DNA of 59,927 nucleotides from a virus (Duplodnaviria; Caudoviricetes): IMG/VR virus record IMGVR_UViG_3300032330_000885, positions 1 to 59,927 of that record; one strand, 5' to 3'. Shown piece by piece: positions 54,674 to 59,927 of this stretch (position 1 is its first letter; each line of letters starts with the position of its first letter). The notes under the pieces were generated by a model. It saw only the letters and a program-made list of their open reading frames with translations, ran no database searches and was not told where the DNA came from. The position numbers and the translations under genes were made by a program.

Positions 54674-57310
54674 TTAAACTATGGACCAAGTCGACCCAGC
54701 AGGAATAGTAACCGTCGCGCCAGAGTCAACCGTAACAGGGCCAAACGTACCAGCGTTCTGCCCACTAGGTATACTATAACTTGTAGTGACTGTCTGCCCG
54801 TTAAGGTAAAAAATTTGATCTGTTCCACCGCCCGTAGCGCCGCCGCCAACAGACGCCCATACCGAGCCATTATAACCTTCAAACCCAACCGTGGTTGAAT
54901 TGAACCGCAACATGCCCGTAGCACCAGTTGGCTGCTGACCAGTTGTCCCTACAGGAACAACAATTGCACCAGTTGTTGGCAGGCTAACAATCCCCGTAGT
55001 AGCAACGCTAAGAGCCGTTGTGGCCCCCGCATTACCAACCTTCATGACAATAGTGTCAGTCGCACCAACGCCGCTGGTTGATTGCAAAGTAAGAGACGAG
55101 CCAGTGCCCGTGCCTCCATATACCGTTGGCGCGGTTAATGATGTCAAAGTTGGCGTAGCAGAATAAGCAGGGGCACCCCCAACACCGCCTGATACCAACA
55201 CCGAGCCAACCGCAACATCTGCCAGCTTTGACAAGGCTGTTGTGGTAGAAGCGTAAAGAATGTCACCGACTGCATAAGATGACTGACCCGTGCCACCATT
55301 AGCCGCAACAAGGGTTCCCGCAACCGTGACCGCGCCGGATGTAGCCGCTGAAGGCGTTAGGCCCGTTGTGCCAAAACTGATTGTCGTAACAGCAGATGAG
55401 GACAAAGTAGCCCATGAAGGAGCCGCGCTAGTGTTTCCAACAAGGATTTGACCCGTTGTGCCAGCCGCTGTTGCACCAATAGCACTTGTGCCATTGCCGT
55501 ACAGGACGCCATTGGATGTTAGTGTGGAAGCACCCGTGCCGCCCTGTGCAACGATAAGCTGTCCAGAGGTGATTTGCGATGCAGCAAGGGCAATGTTGGT
55601 GGTTGAAGCTGCTGTAAGCTGCCCCTGCGCGTTAACAGTAAACGTACCAACCGCCGATGCTGAACCGTAGGAATTGGCCGTAACAGCGGTATTGGTGATG
55701 CTGAACTGGTTGGCAGCAAGGGTTAGACCAGTGCCAGCCGTATAAGAAATCTGTGCAGCAAACTGCGTAAAGACAATAGACGTTGTGCCGATAATGATTG
55801 GCAGCGGTGTCTGCTGAACCCAAGATGTGTTCGCCAACGTTGAACCCGCCAGCACATACACAAAGTCGCCAGCATCAATTTCGTTTGTGCCAGTTCCGCT
55901 TGTGTCATAGTCCGTGGCGCGTGTTAGAACCCATGCCACAGAACCACTGCCGACAGTTGTTAGAGTGTAAACACCATTGTAAGCAGCGTTAGCCATATCC
56001 TTAATCAGCAAACGGTTGCCGATATTGCCGCTGGTCATTGTCACGCCGTCAATAGCAAACGCAGCATTTGCGCCAGCGTTTGTCAACGTGGCTCCAACGC
56101 CATTGTTGGCTGGGCCATTGTAATAACTAACGGTGTATGCCGCCACGGATGCGTAATTGCAGGCCGCGTGAAAATTCAGCCCCTGAGCAACCGAGTCAAC
56201 ATATATCTTGTTTGCAATGTCGGTGTCGTTGGTTGGCGCGGTGCTGATTGATCCGGTTGTCAATGCAATGGCATTAATTGGCACGGAAGCCGCAGCAGTC
56301 AACTGGCCCTGACTGTTTACAGTGAATGTCGAAACAGAAGATGACGAACCATAGGAGCCACTGGAAACCGCCGTGTTGGTAATGCCGACTGAAATACCGC
56401 CAGCACTGTTGGCAACTGTGATACCCGCGCCAGCCGAAATGGTGCTTAACGAGTAACCTGTGCCATTGCCGATCAGCAACTGACCATCAAGCGGTGTCGA
56501 AGCGTTTGCAGTGCCACCACGGGCGATCGGCAAAACACCAGTCGTTATTGCAGCCGCATCAATAGCAATAGCCGTATTAGAAGCCGAAGTAAGCTGCCCC
56601 TGAGCATTGACCTGATATGTAGGAACCTGACTTGCCGTGCCATATGTTCCAGCCGTAACAGCCGTGTTGGCAATGCTAATTGTACCTGTAGTGGTGATAG
56701 GACCGCCCGTAAGGCCAGTTCCTGTGCCGACAGATGTAACAGTTCCCGTGCCAGCAATTGTGAGCCAAGAAGGGTTTGCACCCGTACCATTGGTACTGAG
56801 AACTTTGCCTACTGTATCCGGCGCAAGAGCAACCCAGCTTGAAGCGTTTCTGTAAAGCAGAGACCCTTGAGTGCTGCTAATTGCACTGTCAATGTATGAA
56901 GACAAAGTGTTGGCGGTAGGGTTTGCCGTTGATCCAGAGATGTTCCCCAACAGCGTATTATTGGCAATGCTGCCGATACCAAGGACACCAAGAGCCTGTG
57001 TTGCCGTCAAATCCTGTGCAACAGCACTTGCGCCTGTGGCATTGCCCTTCAATGTGTAGGCAGGCATCAATGCAAGATAGGCATTGGTAACGCCCTGAGA
57101 TGCCAAGGCGATTGTGCCGGATGTTGTTATCGGCCCACCAGTGATAGGAGCCGTTGTGTTAATCTGCGTAACTGTGCCAGTATTTGTGTTTAAATCAGCA
57201 ATTTGCTGCGCCGTCACGCGCACAGAAGAGTTTGACTGAACAGCAGGGATTTCTTCCGAACCAGTTATGGAAACCGCTTGGGGTAGGTTTGTTATCGGAA
57301 TGTTAGACAT
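54674..57310 (-). CDS. Long Gly/Thr/Ser-rich tail fibre protein
   Basis: GTVTSV.TG.GLTGGPIT, VNAQGQLT.A repeats and WVLTRATDYD motifs. Confidence 0.85.
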   Translation of the reverse strand: MSNIPITNLPQAVSITGSEEIPAVQSNSSVRVTAQQIADLNTNTGTVTQINTTAPITGGPITTSGTIALASQGVTNAYLALMPAYTLKGNATGASAVAQDLTATQALGVLGIGSIANNTLLGNISGSTANPTANTLSSYIDSAISSTQGSLLYRNASSWVALAPDTVGKVLSTNGTGANPSWLTIAGTGTVTSVGTGTGLTGGPITTTGTISIANTAVTAGTYGTASQVPTYQVNAQGQLTSASNTAIAIDAAAITTGVLPIARGGTANASTPLDGQLLIGNGTGYSLSTISAGAGITVANSAGGISVGITNTAVSSGSYGSSSSVSTFTVNSQGQLTAAASVPINAIALTTGSISTAPTNDTDIANKIYVDSVAQGLNFHAACNYASVAAYTVSYYNGPANNGVGATLTNAGANAAFAIDGVTMTSGNIGNRLLIKDMANAAYNGVYTLTTVGSGSVAWVLTRATDYDTSGTGTNEIDAGDFVYVLAGSTLANTSWVQQTPLPIIIGTTSIVFTQFAAQISYTAGTGLTLAANQFSITNTAVTANSYGSASAVGTFTVNAQGQLTAASTTNIALAASQITSGQLIVAQGGTGASTLTSNGVLYGNGTSAIGATAAGTTGQILVGNTSAAPSWATLSSSAVTTISFGTTGLTPSAATSGAVTVAGTLVAANGGTGQSSYAVGDILYASTTTALSKLADVAVGSVLVSGGVGGAPAYSATPTLTSLTAPTVYGGTGTGSSLTLQSTSGVGATDTIVMKVGNAGATTALSVATTGIVSLPTTGAIVVPVGTTGQQPTGATGMLRFNSTTVGFEGYNGSVWASVGGGATGGGTDQIFYLNGQTVTTSYSIPSGQNAGTFGPVTVDSGATVTIPAGSTWSIV

Positions 57311-57671
57311 TGACCTTCACCCATGACTGTGTGGCTTCGTCCCAATTATACATGTTTTCATCAGAAGGGTAAGGGGTGGGAGGTTCCCACTGGTAAGTTT
57401 CTGTATTCAACAACCAACTTGGATACGGTTTTGGGGCAATAAATGCGTCAAGCACCGAATCGTATGTAAATCCAACCCCCGCAAAATTCTTGCGGAATGA
57501 TGCGCTATACGATGTCTGTTTCCAGTTTGTGTAGCCGCCAGACCATTCAGTCAGAAACGCAACACCAACGGCTTCACTTTCTGGGAAGGGCAAATTGTTC
57601 AGCGTTTCATTGCTGACAACAATCACCTCCATCACAAGACTAGCATCATCCAATTTTGCAAAATGCGCCAT
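57303..57671 (-). CDS. Conserved tail-fibre-associated protein
   Basis: MAHFAKLD...WKQTSY...FRKNFAG.G.TYD...DAFI.PKPYPSW. Confidence 0.8.
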   Translation of the reverse strand: MAHFAKLDDASLVMEVIVVSNETLNNLPFPESEAVGVAFLTEWSGGYTNWKQTSYSASFRKNFAGVGFTYDSVLDAFIAPKPYPSWLLNTETYQWEPPTPYPSDENMYNWDEATQSWVKVNV

Positions 57672-57679
57672 ATCCCACC

Positions 57680-59395
57680 TTATACGGTAAATGAACCCGA
57701 ACCTGTCCACTTGTAGACAGTATCACCGCCTACTGTGGTTACGGTCGGCGACCCTGTGGTTGAGGTAAATGCTGTAGATGTCCGAACAATCACAACACCA
57801 GAACCGCCACTGCCGCCCGGACCAGTACCCGGCGCACCACCTCCACCGCCCCCAGTATTGGCAGTTCCGCTTCCACCCACACCACTTGTCCCACTTGTAG
57901 CACCATTACCCCCACCACCAGTGGTTAATGTTCCCGTGACAACACCCGTATTAGTGTATGAACCACCGCCACCACCGCCAGCGTAATAAGTAGACGTTCC
58001 GGTGATGCTATTGGTAATACCAGTCCCACCATACCCAGTTATTGCGCCATTTACAGTGTTGCCGCCGACAGCTCCACCACCGCCGCCACCCGCACTTCCG
58101 TATGGAGATTGGGAATTTCCAGTGTTGCCCCCTTGATAGCCTTGACCAGAAGTTGCAGAGCCGCCAGACCCATTAGAAGGATAACTACTAGCACCACCAC
58201 CGGAACCCCCAGAGAACCCATTGCTTGCGCTTCCCCCGCCACCACCGCCAATAGCAGTTTGTGTTGTAAACGAAGGCCCGCTTATAAGACTATTATTGCC
58301 GTTTTTAGACGCGCTGGAAGTATTAGTAATTCCCACGCCGCCAGCACCGACTGTGACGGTATATGGACCCCCAGACACAGTTTGTCCTGTCTGGTAGATA
58401 TAGCCGCCTGCGCCACCACCCCCGCCGGGTTCTGCGCCACCACCAGACGCACCACCACCACCAGCGACAATAAGGAAACTAACAGAAGAAAATGCGCCTG
58501 TTGTTACGCTATTAGACGCCGCTGAAGATGCACCGTTTCCAACTGCGTTAGTGGCATAAACGGTGAATGTATATGTGGTTGAAGGAGAAAGACCCGGAAC
58601 AGAAATTGGTGAAGTTGCTCCAGTTGCCGTAATACCACCGGGGCTTGAAACCGCCGTATAACCTGTAATTGCCGACCCATTGTTGTCGGTTGATGCCGTA
58701 AATGCCACGCTTGCCGTGCCACCAGAAAGAGTTGCCGTGCCAATGGTTGGCGCAGATGGAGCTGCCGGAGCTTGGAAATATGGACCACTGCTTGCTGTGC
58801 TAGTTCCGATAGCATTGGTTGCCGTCAAAGTTACAGAATACACATTGGTGTTTGCTAGCCCGGTCACGGTAATCGGCGAAGTTGTGCCAGACGCAGTGGC
58901 AACTACGGAACTGCCCAAATACACTTTGGCAGTAATTGCTGTGATCGGACTGCCACCATCGTACCCCGTGATAAATGGAATTTGCACTGAGCAAGTGCTA
59001 GATGTAATAGAAGTAATCACAACGCTTGACGACATGCCAACGGAAGAAACTGTCTGCCCTTTAGAAACCGTATATGTCCCTGTTGACCCAGAAGTGCCAG
59101 TCAATTGGGCGGTAATGATCGTATATTGAGTAACCCCAACACCGGAAATAACCTGACCGACCGCCAATGACCCGCTGGAAATAGCGGAAACAGTCATTGT
59201 GGCAGAAGCAATAGACGCTGTGAATACGCAAGAGTTAGCAAAACTTGGTGGGTTTGGTTTTGACGCAGAAGGGGTTCCGGGCCATTGACGCGCCCCTAAA
59301 TTTTGCTGCTGTTCGTCCATAGACCAAATGCCCGCCGCAACGGTTTGCGTTGGGTTATTCAGTGGCCCAATAATCCCGCCGTTGCCTTTACGCAT
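57680..59395 (-). CDS. Tail protein with two fibronectin-III domains and a glycine-rich C-terminal domain
   Basis: GSAITGYT...TV.ATN.VG (FnIII); YAGGGGG...ANTGGGGG...GGSGVVIVR. Confidence 0.85.
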   Translation of the reverse strand: MRKGNGGIIGPLNNPTQTVAAGIWSMDEQQQNLGARQWPGTPSASKPNPPSFANSCVFTASIASATMTVSAISSGSLAVGQVISGVGVTQYTIITAQLTGTSGSTGTYTVSKGQTVSSVGMSSSVVITSITSSTCSVQIPFITGYDGGSPITAITAKVYLGSSVVATASGTTSPITVTGLANTNVYSVTLTATNAIGTSTASSGPYFQAPAAPSAPTIGTATLSGGTASVAFTASTDNNGSAITGYTAVSSPGGITATGATSPISVPGLSPSTTYTFTVYATNAVGNGASSAASNSVTTGAFSSVSFLIVAGGGGASGGGAEPGGGGGAGGYIYQTGQTVSGGPYTVTVGAGGVGITNTSSASKNGNNSLISGPSFTTQTAIGGGGGGSASNGFSGGSGGGASSYPSNGSGGSATSGQGYQGGNTGNSQSPYGSAGGGGGGAVGGNTVNGAITGYGGTGITNSITGTSTYYAGGGGGGSYTNTGVVTGTLTTGGGGNGATSGTSGVGGSGTANTGGGGGGAPGTGPGGSGGSGVVIVRTSTAFTSTTGSPTVTTVGGDTVYKWTGSGSFTV

Positions 59396-59748
59396 TAGGA
59401 AATAACCTCTCCAGAAGCGATAGCCTGAAGTTTACTTGCCGTGTCAGCCGTAAGACGAAGTGAATCGCCTTCTTGCAGATAAATTGATTTAGACAACACA
59501 TCCAGCCCAGCACCAGCAGGAATAGAAATTTGATACAGAATGTTATAGGCAACTGATGAGCGATAAAGGTCCACAGTGATTTTATAAGATGCTGATGTAT
59601 CAATATTTCCAATATAGAGCGCATCCAGCTTAATCACTGTGCCGGATGCCGCAGCATTGGTAACAATGGCAGTTGCAGATGTCCCCACGGCCTGAACATA
59701 AGTTGTGCCGTAAATTGATGTGACATTGACAATATTTGGATTAGCCAT
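59395..59748 (-). CDS. Conserved tail-module protein
   Basis: [14 protein letters not shown]...IYLQEGDSL. Confidence 0.8.
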   Translation of the reverse strand: MANPNIVNVTSIYGTTYVQAVGTSATAIVTNAAASGTVIKLDALYIGNIDTSASYKITVDLYRSSVAYNILYQISIPAGAGLDVLSKSIYLQEGDSLRLTADTASKLQAIASGEVIS

Positions 59749-59750
59749 TT

Positions 59751-59927
59751 TTAACCCCCGAACACAATCGCCATCGCTATGGCTTTTCCTGTTGAAACAC
59801 CGCCAAGATTGCTTAGTGCGGTTGCTGCTGATGTTGCGCCCGTTCCACCCGCCAAAACAGGCAATGTGCCAGCGGTTAAAACTGATGCAGATGTAGAATA
59901 GACGGCATTATTTGCAGCGGTGAATGT
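59751..59927 (-). CDS. 3' end of the tail fibre gene that starts at 1416
   Basis: In frame across the terminal overlap; ends STGKAIAMAIVFGG*. Confidence 0.8.
   Translation of the reverse strand, partial: TFTAANNAVYSTSASVLTAGTLPVLAGGTGATSAATALSNLGGVSTGKAIAMAIVFGG
59805..59927 (+). repeat. Terminal direct repeat copy 2
   Basis: Identical to 1-123. Confidence 0.95.

Noticed and set aside
52600-59395. Diversity-generating retroelement or invertible fibre cassette
   Set aside because: No reverse transcriptase, recombinase, near-identical TR/VR pair or flanking inverted repeats were seen
59805-59927. Biological terminal repeat or att site
   Set aside because: Lies inside a coding region and is better explained as an assembly overlap; no integrase was seen
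1-59927. Alternative genetic code or stop-codon recoding
   Set aside because: Core genes are intact and densely packed under the standard code

Overview
The window is an apparently complete, circularly permuted tailed-phage genome. Bases 59805-59927 repeat bases 1-123, giving about 59,804 unique bp. The architecture is P22/podovirus-like. The minus-strand morphogenesis arm carries terminase, portal, large modular virion/effector proteins, GroES, scaffold, major capsid, adaptors, tail fibres, lysis genes, nozzle and ejection proteins. The primase-helicase and a Cro-like gene are also on the minus strand. The plus-strand early arm (26.5-37.4 kb) carries a Sak4-like ATPase, SSB, YqaJ exonuclease, C5 methyltransferase, SF2 helicase, VRR-NUC and many small ORFs. 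GapR-like and GcrA-like genes point to an alphaproteobacterial host. No integrase, tRNA, rRNA or CRISPR array was recognised. Four observations stand out. (1) A short [FYKRHM]-[AKE]-x-G-G motif recurs about 30 times across seven late proteins and falls at the boundaries of effector modules, including two ADP-ribosyltransferase-like domains and a peptidoglycan peptidase. This suggests a polyprotein processing or packaging code. (2) An early RNA-polymerase alpha-CTD-like protein carries a 15/21-identical copy of the scaffold's C-terminal motif, although the two DNA copies differ at most synonymous sites. (3) A nested +1-frame gene inside the methyltransferase resembles the M.EcoHK31I beta subunit. 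(4) There are several structured leaders, including an RBS-overlapping pseudoknot and promoter-containing RBS-masking hairpins, plus a probable ATT-initiated gene. All family assignments come from motif recognition by eye, not from database searches.
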